Positions 28,041 to 37,320 of a stretch of 64,000 nt of DNA are shown here, in pieces (within the stretch, counting starts at the first letter, position 1; each line of letters opens with the position of its first letter). The stretch is from a virus, in the IMG/VR virus record IMGVR_UViG_3300017527_000885, one strand, 5' to 3'. The notes under the pieces were generated by a model. That model was not told where the DNA came from. It searched no databases and worked only from the letters and a program-made list of their open reading frames with translations. Both the position numbers and the translations under genes were made by a program.

Positions 28041-28610
28041 TTACACTCCTACAAAACGAACTCCGCCAGATTTGCCAGTTATGGACATTATTATCGCGCG
28101 CCCGAGACGCTTAGATGCATAGATTCCCGCCTTGAGTGTATCCTTAGAGTTCATAGTTAATTCCAAAAATGGAAAGCCGGGATCGCCATGCTGCTGCACT
28201 TGCCACTGAGAGGTTCCTCTCTGGCGAATCATTTCCTGAATTGGGTATGCCGCCATACGGTCCCCCAGCTTGAACTCGGCCCAATCCATCAGATCGTTAA
28301 TGTCCTCGTTGCGAGGGGGGCCGCCAAAATGAATCCACTTTACAGTAATCCAGGGGACTGTTACGCCCCTAACATTCGGTCCCACAACAGCGACATTATC
28401 ATTCAAAAGCCTGTAGTTGATTGATGATTCAAATGCCCCGGTGTAGCGGATAGGTCTTGATTCCCTGCGCATGACCTGTGTAAGGCGGTCACCCAAGAAA
28501 GACAGCACTGATCTAGAGAGTGCCGGAAACTTTGCTTCAGCGCGCTTCAAGTTAGCAGCAAACCGAATCAATTCTCGCTGATTAATTTTAACAACCATTA
28601 CCCCTGACAT
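28041..28610 (-). CDS. hypothetical virion protein
   Basis: 189 aa. Start abuts the previous stop. Confidence 0.35.
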   Translation of the reverse strand: MSGVMVVKINQRELIRFAANLKRAEAKFPALSRSVLSFLGDRLTQVMRRESRPIRYTGAFESSINYRLLNDNVAVVGPNVRGVTVPWITVKWIHFGGPPRNEDINDLMDWAEFKLGDRMAAYPIQEMIRQRGTSQWQVQQHGDPGFPFLELTMNSKDTLKAGIYASKRLGRAIIMSITGKSGGVRFVGV

Positions 28611-29623
28611 TAGTTATTATCCCACATATCAGTCTTGAATGTTGGCGAGATTATATCTTCGTCGTCCCTGTAATCGTCCCGCTCGTCCACATCAATGTGT
28701 CCGGCAGTTAGCCCGGAACTCAGCTTTGTTGAGGTTGTGCGATCCAACCCAATAGAGACAAGCATATCAACCATCGCACCGCCATCCTGCAACTCGTCCC
28801 GCAGATAGTAATACTGTGAGCGGAATGCACCTGCGCGAGTGTCAGTCTCGCCTATGGTAAATCCGGCTGTGCGCTGTGTGAGTTCACACCTCATTGCCAC
28901 GCCAAAGTTAGCATAGCTCCTAATTAGCTTGATGGCAGTATCATCTGTGAGCGGTGTATCAAATCCAGCGCCAGCCAGCCAGGAATCCACCTCGTTGCAG
29001 GTATCCTCTTCAAAGTCCATTACCGCCATGATAGAGACTGCGGAGTCAGTGTTATATTTACCCTTATCGGTTAGGTGACGTGTTGACGCCTCGATCTCAG
29101 ACAGGCTAGTGTACACAACACGCTCGCGGCTGAAAAGCTTGAAGCAGAAATCAGTGTCTGTACCTATGTTGCTCCAGGCCGAACCGCTGTATGCCTCCCC
29201 CTCACCATCCAAATAGATTGGGGCGGTCTGGTCACAACCCCAAACAATCTCGGTGACGCCATTTGCATAAGTATATCCACTCGAGCGGAGAACCACATGG
29301 TAGCTGGTCAACGGGGATATAATCTCTCGCGCATCATCTAGAATGTCAAAGTCCACCCAAGTATAGCCTGTGCCAACGCCGGACATAATGACAGGAGTGG
29401 AGGTGCAGCTACCAATTACTGAGCCAGAAGGGTTGTCAGAGGATGTGTACTGAAGGTCTACAACTAGATAGCCAGCAGGAGAGCCGACCTTCTTCAGGTA
29501 AAGGGAGACGCGGCCAATGGGCGCGGCTCGATGTAGCCTGAACCGCTGGCCTAGCTGCTGATCGGCCCCCGTGCTAGTGAGATCAACCCCTGCGTTCTGC
29601 GTGGTGTACTCTAGTAGTTTCAT
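28610..29623 (-). CDS. hypothetical structural protein
   Basis: 337 aa, Thr/Ser/Gly-rich beta-type composition. Confidence 0.4.
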   Translation of the reverse strand: MKLLEYTTQNAGVDLTSTGADQQLGQRFRLHRAAPIGRVSLYLKKVGSPAGYLVVDLQYTSSDNPSGSVIGSCTSTPVIMSGVGTGYTWVDFDILDDAREIISPLTSYHVVLRSSGYTYANGVTEIVWGCDQTAPIYLDGEGEAYSGSAWSNIGTDTDFCFKLFSRERVVYTSLSEIEASTRHLTDKGKYNTDSAVSIMAVMDFEEDTCNEVDSWLAGAGFDTPLTDDTAIKLIRSYANFGVAMRCELTQRTAGFTIGETDTRAGAFRSQYYYLRDELQDGGAMVDMLVSIGLDRTTSTKLSSGLTAGHIDVDERDDYRDDEDIISPTFKTDMWDNN

Positions 29624-29937
29624 TACTGCAACCTCTTACCTACGGTGAATTTTACTGCCACGCTGTAGATTTCCTGGGCAGCAGACACAACGTAGGCCTG
29701 AACCTCCCATTCTCCCTTCTGGTCTATATCCCCGGCTGCTAAGGTGCACTGAATCTTTCCATCAGTGCCATCAGTCGTAAATGATGCTGTCTTGGTGACC
29801 AGCTTGCCATCCAGCCCCTTAAAGAGAATTTCCTTGGTTGTGGTAAAACCAGAAATATCCTTGGCGCTATCATCTTCGGTAACGGTCAAGATTATCACTT
29901 GCCCGGAACCGTCTTCTACTAGATCGTCTAAGCTCAT
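29623..29937 (-). CDS. hypothetical small structural protein
   Basis: 104 aa. Preceded by a promoter-motif copy and a GGAG RBS. Confidence 0.4.
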   Translation of the reverse strand: MSLDDLVEDGSGQVIILTVTEDDSAKDISGFTTTKEILFKGLDGKLVTKTASFTTDGTDGKIQCTLAAGDIDQKGEWEVQAYVVSAAQEIYSVAVKFTVGKRLQ

Positions 29938-29958
29938 GAAGCTACTCCTATACCCCTA

Positions 29959-29992
29959 ATTCTAACGCCGGAACAATCCGATGGCAAGGTTA
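29959..29992 (-). promoter_or_regulatory. promoter TAACC-TTGCCA-N17-TAGAAT
   Basis: - strand: TAACCTTGCCATCGGATTGTTCCGGCGTTAGAAT. It overlaps the stop of the Ser/Thr-rich gene and lies about 20 nt upstream of the next ATG. Confidence 0.5.
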
Positions 29993-32900
29993 GTACTCTG
30001 TGTTAGCTGTCCCGGTGACGCGTACCTTCACATTGCTGGTACCAGTGATCTTTACGCTGACGTTGCTTGTTACTGTTGACTTTATCTTTGCGTCAGAAGT
30101 GCCCGTTAGGCGTGCCTCTGCATCCGAAGTCGCCGTGAGGCGCACCTCCGTGCTTTCCGTGTATTCCAGCAGTGTTGTAGTTGTACTTGTTAGCGTTGTA
30201 GTTGTCGAGGTCGAGCTAGATGTTGTAGTGCTGGTTGTAGTTGATGTACTGGTAGAACTACTGGTTGTAGTCGTACTAGTCGAAGTTGAGGTCGAGGTGG
30301 ATGTACTCGAACTGGTTGTAGTGGTCGAAGTACTGGTCGAAGTACTTGAAGAAGTTGTCGTAGTACTGGTACTGGTTGACGTACTGCTTGACGTGGTGGT
30401 CGTAGTACTGGTGCTAGTTGACGTACTACTTGATGTGGTGGTTGTAGATGTAGACGTACTTGTACTGCTCGATGTGGTCGTAGTTGAAGTGGATGTGCTC
30501 GTAGATGTGGATGAACTAGTTGTGGTTGTGCTAGTTGACGTACTTGTGCTAGTTGAACTACTCGTGGTGGTAGTTGACGTGCTTGTGCTGGTTGAGCTAC
30601 TGGTCGTGGTGGTGCTAGTTGATGTGCTGGTCGAGCTACTGGTTGTGGTAGTTGATGTGCTCGTTGACGTGCTTGTAGAACTCGACGTGGTAGTAGTCGA
30701 GGTGCTAGTGCTCGTACTGGTCGTGGTAGAAGTACTTGAGCTTGTCGTGGTAGTCGAGGTCGAGGTAGACGACGAGGTAGTAGTGGTGCTGGTCGATGTT
30801 GAGGTAGTCGAGGTAGTAGATGTGCTTGTGAGCGAAGTGGTAGTCGAGGTTGAGGTGCTGGTGCTGGACGAAGTTGTGGTGGTAGATGTGCTTGTGCTGG
30901 TTGTAGTTGACGTAGACGATGACGTGGTAGTTGTGCTGGTTGAGCTACTGGTTGTGGTGGTGGATGTACTCGTAGACGTGCTGGTAGAACTTGACGTAGT
31001 AGTAGTAGACGTGCTTGTGCTGGTTGTAGTTGATGTGGACGAGGATGTAGTAGTTGTGCTAGTGCTAGTTGACGTACTTGTAGATGTCGAGCTTGACGTG
31101 GTGGTAGTGCTCGTGCTAGTGCTCGTAGACGTAGATGACGACGTGGTAGTAGTGCTCGTGCTCGTGCTGGTACTCGTAGATGACGATGTAGTGGTTGTGC
31201 TAGTACTGGTGGATGTGGTTGTACTGGTAGAGCTTGACGTTGTAGTTGTGCTGGTTGAAGTCGATGTTGTAGTAGACGTGCTCGTAGATGACGATGTGGT
31301 AGTAGTAGACGTGCTCGTAGATGTCGTCGTGCTAGTCGAGCTACTGGTTGTAGTAGTAGATGTGCTGGTGCTAGTTGTCGTAGACGTAGATGAGGATGTG
31401 GTGGTAGTAGACGTGCTGGTGCTGGTTGAGCTACTAGTTGTGGTCGTGCTAGTAGATGTAGAAGTTGACGATGATGTAGTGGTAGTAGAAGTACTCGTGC
31501 TAGTTGTCGTGGAAGTCGAAGATGATGTAGTGGTAGTACTGGTTGATGTAGATGAGGATGTGGTAGTGCTGGTAGACGATGACGTGGTTGTCGTGCTAGT
31601 GGAGGTAGAGGTCGTGGTAGACGTACTAGAACTCGTTGTAGTGGTGCTCGTAGAAGTGCTGGTGGTGGTGCTCGTGGACGTAGTTGCCCATTCCAGGATC
31701 ACATCATCCACTTGGTATGGCAGCGTTGTCGTAGTACTGGTAGATGTAGACGACGAGGTAGTAGTGGTACTGGTCGATGTGCTTGTAGTTGTCGATGTAC
31801 TAGACGATGTGGTGGTAGTTGATGTGGATGTCGAGGTTGAAGTTGAGGTCGAGCTTGATGTGGTTGTGGTGGATGTAGAAGTCGAAGTTGTGGTTGAGGT
31901 AGATGTAGTCGCGGCGGCGACCAGAGTACTAATCCTGAGTGCAGACATTCCAACACTGTCGCCCACCGTCTGTCCTAGACCAGCCGAGGAAGCCTGAAAG
32001 AACTCAAACTCAATCTCGTCATCAACCGCGAGGGCGGCCATGAAGCTGCCAGAAAAAGCGGCATCGTATGTGGCGGTGCTGCTCTGCAACCCTCGCATAT
32101 ACTTAATGGAAATCTCTTCCTGATTCGCGTCGTTGTTAGTCCACCTTAGACCATGCTGGCTACGTGTACCCGTGGAAGATGCACGGTTGATCCTAGCCCC
32201 AACCGTGAACAAATAATCATCCTCAACCTCTACCTCAATGGTGGTATTGTCATTCCTTGTGAATGAAGCTGCATCTATCGTTGGGGTAGTTCTGCACGCA
32301 TTGAGGTAGCCAGTGGCGGTTGTTTCCTGCGCACCTGTTGCATCGTTGCCAATTACAACCTCGGCGGAGCTTGGTAGCTCCATCACAAACAGGCCACTCT
32401 CCCACCCAGCCGTAGCACTTCTGGCACCAGAAGTGCTGCTAGCGCCCTGATACACCTCTATTTGTAGGTCTAGATTCTCGGTGTCATTGTCTACAATGAA
32501 AATACAGGATGCAGTCTCATAGTCTGTGTCGGTGTCACGCAAATACAGCGCACTGTTACTCTGCGGAATAATCGTTCCATCTAGCGTGGCACAGACAACC
32601 CTTGCCGCACGAGCGGTGCCCGCAAATGTCACATTGTACGCTACCAAATACCGTGCTATCGACTTGAGCGTGATGGCCTCGTTGTCAACTCCCTGAATCT
32701 CAATTACGCCCGTGTCGGTTTCCTCGGTTGTGGTGTCGAACATCAGCGGGGCAAAGGAACCGGAGTTGTAGGCACCAGTGTCGGTGCCCTCGGCGTACAA
32801 CCCAAACGCAACAGCGGGTGTAACATCAGCCAGCTTGATTAGTGCTAGCTCCGAGTCTGCGGTTGCATCGTCTGTGGGAGTGGAATCCTCTCCACGGGTC

Positions 32901-33271
32901 ATGTACTCCACGCGGAAGTCTGCACCCGTGCTGGTTACCTTGAAGATACAATGGCCCCCCGCACAAATCTCGTCATCTTCATTCTGCCGCATAAAGTTGG
33001 CGCTGCGACCGCCTACGATCTCGCTACTGTTCCACAAGGCCCGAACAGCACCAATCATGCGGCTATCTGACTCGCCAACAGTCCTCACCCGATAGATCGC
33101 CAGGTAATACCCAGTCTCATCTATTTGTACATCTATGTCATTGGCATCTTGGACAAAAATGGCCGCTGGCGTACCGACAGGAGCAGAAAACTCCACGCCT
33201 TCCCAGCTATCCTCTGACGTTGGGAGCGCGAAGGTGCCTACCCTATATTTTGCGGTATCACCAATAGGCAT
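29990..33271 (-). CDS. mucin-like Ser/Thr-rich fiber protein (putative O-glycosylation substrate)
   Basis: 1093 aa. A globular N-terminal domain of about 450 aa, then about 590 aa of near-pure (T/S) repeats (TTSTSTSTTTTSSSTS...), then five C-terminal tandem 10-aa beta repeats (RLTATSDAEA/RLTGTSDAKI/KSTVTSNVSV/KITGTSNVKV/RVTGTANTEY). Confidence 0.6.
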   Translation of the reverse strand: MPIGDTAKYRVGTFALPTSEDSWEGVEFSAPVGTPAAIFVQDANDIDVQIDETGYYLAIYRVRTVGESDSRMIGAVRALWNSSEIVGGRSANFMRQNEDDEICAGGHCIFKVTSTGADFRVEYMTRGEDSTPTDDATADSELALIKLADVTPAVAFGLYAEGTDTGAYNSGSFAPLMFDTTTEETDTGVIEIQGVDNEAITLKSIARYLVAYNVTFAGTARAARVVCATLDGTIIPQSNSALYLRDTDTDYETASCIFIVDNDTENLDLQIEVYQGASSTSGARSATAGWESGLFVMELPSSAEVVIGNDATGAQETTATGYLNACRTTPTIDAASFTRNDNTTIEVEVEDDYLFTVGARINRASSTGTRSQHGLRWTNNDANQEEISIKYMRGLQSSTATYDAAFSGSFMAALAVDDEIEFEFFQASSAGLGQTVGDSVGMSALRISTLVAAATTSTSTTTSTSTSTTTTSSSTSTSTSTSTSTTTTSSSTSTTTSTSTSTTTTSSSTSTSTTTTLPYQVDDVILEWATTSTSTTTSTSTSTTTTSSSTSTTTSTSTSTTTTSSSTSTTTSSSTSTSTTTTSSSTSTTTSTSTSTTTTSSSTSTSTSTTTTSSSTSTSTSTTTTSSSTSTTTSTSTSTTTTSSSTSTTTSTSTSTTTTSSSTSTSTTTSTSTSTTTTSSSTSTTTSTSTSTTTTSSSTSTSTSTSTTTTSSSTSTSTSTSTTTTSSSTSTSTSTSTSTTTTSSSTSTTTSTSTSTTTTSSSTSTSTSTSTTTTSSSTSTTTTSSSTSTTTSTSTSTTTTSSSTSTSTSTTTSLTSTSTTSTTSTSTSTTTTSSSTSTSTTTTSSSTSTTTSTSTSTSTTTTSSSTSTSTSTSTTTTSSSTSTSTSTTTTSSSTSTSTSTTTTSSSTSTSTSTSTTTTSSSTSTSTSTSTTTTSSSTSTSTSTTTTSSSTSTSTSTTTTTSSSTSTSTSTTTTSSSTSTSTSTTTTSSSTSTSTSTSTSTTTTSSSTSTSTTTSTTTSSSTSTTTTLTSTTTTLLEYTESTEVRLTATSDAEARLTGTSDAKIKSTVTSNVSVKITGTSNVKVRVTGTANTEY
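30150..31920 (-). repeat. low-complexity tandem codon repeats encoding poly-Ser/Thr
   Basis: About 1.8 kb of imperfect repeats (GTAGTTGTGCTGGT-type units on the + strand). They yield a spurious V/L/D/E-rich + strand ORF at 30000-31997. Confidence 0.8.
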
Positions 33272-33615
33272 TAGTTACAGACCTCTGTACAGCACTTGCA
33301 ATTTACCAAGAAACACTCATACTGCCAATCATGGGGGCACTCATCGCAGGGGCAAGGGCGCAGATAATGGGCCAGGGTGAGATAGGCCTTGTCTTTCCTG
33401 CCCTCCTTCTGGTTCTTGATATGACTTATATCAACCAGTATAGCGTTGGGCTGATTCTCCTCAATAGACCCCTCGATAATAGTAATCTCGTCCTTGATCT
33501 GATGCCACCGAGCAACAATGTACGGAAACTCCCAGTCTTCAACCATGCGGTCACCATAGCTATTAACACAGAATAGCCATTCTACAAGCTTCTTGGGCAG
33601 TCCGCTATTGTTCAT
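33271..33615 (-). CDS. hypothetical protein with Cys-rich C-terminus
   Basis: 114 aa ending CPCDECPHDWQYECFLVNCKCCTEVCN. Confidence 0.35.
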   Translation of the reverse strand: MNNSGLPKKLVEWLFCVNSYGDRMVEDWEFPYIVARWHQIKDEITIIEGSIEENQPNAILVDISHIKNQKEGRKDKAYLTLAHYLRPCPCDECPHDWQYECFLVNCKCCTEVCN

Positions 33616-34748
33616 TAGCTATCGTATATCTCCCTGACCTGCACGTAGCGCCACTCCCGATCCAGGGGCGCGGAATAGGTTGTCCAAGCTGGGTTTACAT
33701 CATCCTGGGCAAATGTGCTAGTATCACCCCGAATCTGTAAGGTTGCATCCTCTTGGCCTGCACCATATCTATTCTCAGTAAGGGTATAAGTGCGGACATC
33801 CGAGTTGCCAAAATCATAGACCGCGCTACGCCCCTCCTCATTGAAATTAAGTTCTAGCTTGCCCCAATCCGAGTCACCGTCAATAGTAGGTGTTCCAGCG
33901 GCACCATCGCTCCAGGTCTGCCAGCTAACAGCGGTCTCTCCCTCTGTAGGAGACTCCTCACCAAATGCCAAGCCACCTGTTGGAGCCAGCGTGGTGGTTG
34001 TCGTAGTGCTGGTTGATGTGCTGGTACTAGACGAAGTTGTGGTGGTAGATGTGCTTGTGCTAGTACTAGTTGTGGCACCAGTCTTATAAGACAGCATCGA
34101 GGTTGCAGGGTAAATAACCGCAGGGTGATCAACAATTGTGGGGCTACCAGAGTCAGCCAGATGCTGCCCACTAACTCGATCCTGGTCACCATCCCGAATC
34201 AGCGGGTAGTAGTGAACTAGGTTTTCTGGCTTGACAAATAGGGGTGAGTACCCAGCCGCCAAAATCAGTGCGTCGGCAGCGGTCAGAGCCACGTTCCAGA
34301 TAGCCACCTCGCCTGCCATACCAGACAGGTACAGATCGGCAAAACTGAATGTAGCACGGGCCACCCGCACTTGGTCTAGGTCTGCTACGGATGTATTATC
34401 TGTGTTGGTGGTCGTATTCACCCCATCACAGTAAATGGTGCGACTAGAGGTAGAGGCAAACACAGCAAGGCCATAGTGCCAAGTGTTAGTCGATAGCACA
34501 CTTGCCACCTGTGCATTCTTCGCCCCAGCACCGCCGTAGGTGTATGCTTCGAGCGGGTCGTTAAGTACGTCACCCCGAATAGCCATGGCGCACATATCGT
34601 TATCGCTGTCATCCCCGACTGATGCCACAACCTGACGCAACGTGAGCGAATCGGTTTGAAAAACCGCAGCTATGGAAATAGGGGTGCCCGTGACAAGCGA
34701 AGTGCCCTCTAGATATTGAGAACTGCCATCATCAAACCCTCTAGCCAT
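33615..34748 (-). CDS. structural protein with a poly-Ser/Thr linker, possibly a concanavalin/LamG-like lectin fold
   Basis: 377 aa. Central GATTSTSTSTSTTTTSSSTSTSTSTTTTTT tract. The N-terminal part has a beta-rich LamG-like character (weak). Confidence 0.35.
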   Translation of the reverse strand: MARGFDDGSSQYLEGTSLVTGTPISIAAVFQTDSLTLRQVVASVGDDSDNDMCAMAIRGDVLNDPLEAYTYGGAGAKNAQVASVLSTNTWHYGLAVFASTSSRTIYCDGVNTTTNTDNTSVADLDQVRVARATFSFADLYLSGMAGEVAIWNVALTAADALILAAGYSPLFVKPENLVHYYPLIRDGDQDRVSGQHLADSGSPTIVDHPAVIYPATSMLSYKTGATTSTSTSTSTTTTSSSTSTSTSTTTTTTLAPTGGLAFGEESPTEGETAVSWQTWSDGAAGTPTIDGDSDWGKLELNFNEEGRSAVYDFGNSDVRTYTLTENRYGAGQEDATLQIRGDTSTFAQDDVNPAWTTYSAPLDREWRYVQVREIYDS

Positions 34749-34768
34749 GTACCCCGCCTATTTAGCTA

Positions 34769-35266
34769 CTATGTTTCCCTGATTTCGACCCGTAGAAGCT
34801 CGGCATCACCAGTCATGTTATCAGACCCGTTGTTTGCATCCCTGTTTACCTTGAGTCTGAATGACTCGCCAGCAGCCACGCTGTCCATCTCCGCACCATC
34901 GGTGAACGCAATGTCAGTGTACTGTGGCTCGCCACTCGCACTTGCCGTAGCAGCAGTTGCTGATTGCACAGCCGCGAAGCTGTCCGAGTCCAGGTCTGTG
35001 GTGTCATCTTGGTGACGCTCGAAGGACACGTCCCAGATTACATTGTCGGCAGTTGCCGTGGATGCAAGCCAAACCAAGCTCACAGTAACACCAGTTGTGC
35101 CAGCATAGTTGCGGGGCATCACAGCACCAAACACCGCCGCCTCATCTGTGTCAGCATCAAAGTCCAGTACCGCGTGCTGATTACGGGTGTCTAGCGTTGC
35201 AGGGTTGCTTGCAGGCGGTTCGTTATGCAACGGGGTAAAGATTATAAGTGTATCGCCACTAGCCAT
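34769..35266 (-). CDS. hypothetical protein
   Basis: 165-aa ORF. Confidence 0.35.
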   Translation of the reverse strand: MASGDTLIIFTPLHNEPPASNPATLDTRNQHAVLDFDADTDEAAVFGAVMPRNYAGTTGVTVSLVWLASTATADNVIWDVSFERHQDDTTDLDSDSFAAVQSATAATASASGEPQYTDIAFTDGAEMDSVAAGESFRLKVNRDANNGSDNMTGDAELLRVEIRET

Positions 35267-35277
35267 TATCTACTCCT

Positions 35278-35562
35278 TTAGTCAACATTTCCAAATAGTC
35301 TGCGCGCAAACGCCACGCTCATTCTCGTCGCTGCTACTGCCACAAAGATAAACGTTTTCTGCGTAGCGGTTAGATCGGTACGCGCAGGCAGTGGCAATGC
35401 CGCGTTAAATGATGCTTGGTTGTCTTCAATCCAGGTATCCGTAGCATCCACAGCCGCCCTAAGCTCGGGCTTGTCCAGGGCCATAAGCTCCCTGTCCCTG
35501 CTCCAAAAGCGCATTAGGCCACGCCACACCCGTTTCCTGTCTTCATCCGATAGTTGTGCCAT
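35278..35562 (-). CDS. hypothetical protein
   Basis: 94-aa ORF. Confidence 0.3.
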   Translation of the reverse strand: MAQLSDEDRKRVWRGLMRFWSRDRELMALDKPELRAAVDATDTWIEDNQASFNAALPLPARTDLTATQKTFIFVAVAATRMSVAFARRLFGNVD

Positions 35563-35611
35563 TGTTTCTCCCTTATGGGGGCGGCAGCCCCCTCCTGGCC
35601 GCTTGAGCGGC

Positions 35612-36436
35612 CTACAAATACTCTCTATATATCTCGGGGTCTGTCCTTACCCCACTCTTGCCCCAGACATCACAGTCCGGGTCCCACAACCCCTCATCTC
35701 CAAAGCCCTTGGTGGACAGCTTGTTCCAAAAGGGCCGAGCGTGGGGCAGTGCCACATTGTAACCCGTGGGTTCATCCTTGGACTGTCCCCAATGATGCCA
35801 AATCCATGAATAGCTGGTGGACAGGGCGCGAAATCCCGCCTGGTAAATACGAGAGTCCATATCATAATCCTCACCACCTCCTGGAAAGAACCGCTCGTCA
35901 AAAAGCCCAACCTTCTCGATCCATTCCTTCCTTCTAAATGTGACCATCCACATAGCTATGCCATCGACAACCGCACCCTTCTTCTCTTCCCTGAGCCTTT
36001 GAATGTTCTCTGGGTGCCGGGCATCCTTTAAGCTGAGATGTATTCGGTATCCTTCCTCACCATACCCCCATCCCGGCTCTTTGGGCGACATAGGGGCTAC
36101 AGCTATGGCATTGTCAAACCTCTCAAAGGTCTCAATAATGCCAGGCCACCAGCCCTGAAGAAAGATCACATCGTCATTGGCTATGGTAACGTACTCGGTC
36201 TGACATAGCCGCACCCCTATGTTGGCAGCCTGTGCAAACCCATAGTTCTTACTCGTAGTAACCACGACATCGGCCTGCTCTCGCAACTCCTGCTCGAACT
36301 CGGGAGCGGGTTTAGTCTGATTGACCACTATAGTATTATAGTTGCTGGGTGTGACCTCGCGCAAGGTTGATAGCGCGGGAAGAATGAAATCCTGGCGAAT
36401 AATAGGAAACACAAAGGTATTTATGAGATTCGACAT
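35612..36436 (-). CDS. glycosyltransferase family 2
   Basis: TSKNYGFAQAANIGVRLCQTEYVTIANDDVIF, a GT2 signature. Confidence 0.55.
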   Translation of the reverse strand: MSNLINTFVFPIIRQDFILPALSTLREVTPSNYNTIVVNQTKPAPEFEQELREQADVVVTTSKNYGFAQAANIGVRLCQTEYVTIANDDVIFLQGWWPGIIETFERFDNAIAVAPMSPKEPGWGYGEEGYRIHLSLKDARHPENIQRLREEKKGAVVDGIAMWMVTFRRKEWIEKVGLFDERFFPGGGEDYDMDSRIYQAGFRALSTSYSWIWHHWGQSKDEPTGYNVALPHARPFWNKLSTKGFGDEGLWDPDCDVWGKSGVRTDPEIYREYL

Positions 36437-37320
36437 ACTCGGTTGATGCCCTCCATCATGTGATCTAAGGTGTAGTTTTGCATAACGAAATCGCGGTACT
36501 CATGACTGTCATACGGCCCGTGAATCATCTCTATACACTCGTCTATTGTTGTCCATACCCAGGACTCGGGCCAGATATCTTTGGCGCGCCAAAAGTTGTG
36601 AACCAAAGGCTTGATACCCTTCAGGGCAGCCTCCGCAGTGACGTAACTGAATGCTTCCTTCTGACTCGAGACTATTAGGTAGTCCTTATCCTCAAGCCAC
36701 TCGTCCACAGATTCAACACTGGCGGTGAACTCTACATCTAGCCTCATCTCGTCAATAATGTGTCTCTTGTACCAGTGTAACCAGCGCTCTGTGTTCTCAG
36801 TGCCCAGAACATGAAGCTTCCAGCCTGGCAGTTTAGCCATCACCTGAAATAGCAGGGGAAGACCCTTGGCCGACCATTGGTGTGCCACAAACGCCATGTT
36901 TCTCCCTGCGCCATTCCTGACCCGGAAACCCCACAGGGAAGGTAAAACCCCAAAGGGGACGTGGGCGACCTCCAGGGATTCAGGTAGGTCGGTGTATGAT
37001 CGAACCAACTCTTCAATGTGCTTGGCACCAAAGATGAGCGCGTCCACATTCTCCCAGGTCACAGCGCGAGGCTGTCTAACCCAGCACTCAATATCAATCG
37101 CCCGAATCACGAGGCGCGATCCCTCGAACTTGTACGTGCTTCCGACATTGGCATTATGGTCACACACATCAATGAGACACACATCGGCCCACTCATGCTT
37201 GGCTGGATCGTAGCCCATTGTGTACTCCACCTCGTGACCATTGGCCCTCCAAGCATCTAGGATAGGGCCAAGGAACTTTAGTCTCCAGTTACAGCAAGCA
37301 TATAGTTTCATTTTAAGCAC
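36421..37320 (-). CDS. glycosyltransferase, GT-B fold (GT4-like)
   Basis: EAFSYVTAEAALKGIKPLV matches the E-x7-E/EAxAxG-P-V motif of GT4. Confidence 0.45.
   Translation of the reverse strand: MLKMKLYACCNWRLKFLGPILDAWRANGHEVEYTMGYDPAKHEWADVCLIDVCDHNANVGSTYKFEGSRLVIRAIDIECWVRQPRAVTWENVDALIFGAKHIEELVRSYTDLPESLEVAHVPFGVLPSLWGFRVRNGAGRNMAFVAHQWSAKGLPLLFQVMAKLPGWKLHVLGTENTERWLHWYKRHIIDEMRLDVEFTASVESVDEWLEDKDYLIVSSQKEAFSYVTAEAALKGIKPLVHNFWRAKDIWPESWVWTTIDECIEMIHGPYDSHEYRDFVMQNYTLDHMMEGINRVCRIS

Noticed and set aside
30150-31920. Possible CRISPR array, given the highly repetitive DNA
   Set aside because: The repeats are imperfect trinucleotide-based codon repeats inside an ORF, with no regular repeat-spacer periodicity and no cas genes.
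30000-31997. 665-aa + strand ORF rich in V/L/D/E
   Set aside because: It is the antisense shadow of the poly-Ser/Thr codon repeats of the - strand fiber gene. There is no independent start or RBS signal.
35420-35937. + strand ORFs of 129 and 127 aa
   Set aside because: They are antisense to well-supported - strand genes (the 94-aa ORF and the GT2 gene). No signals.
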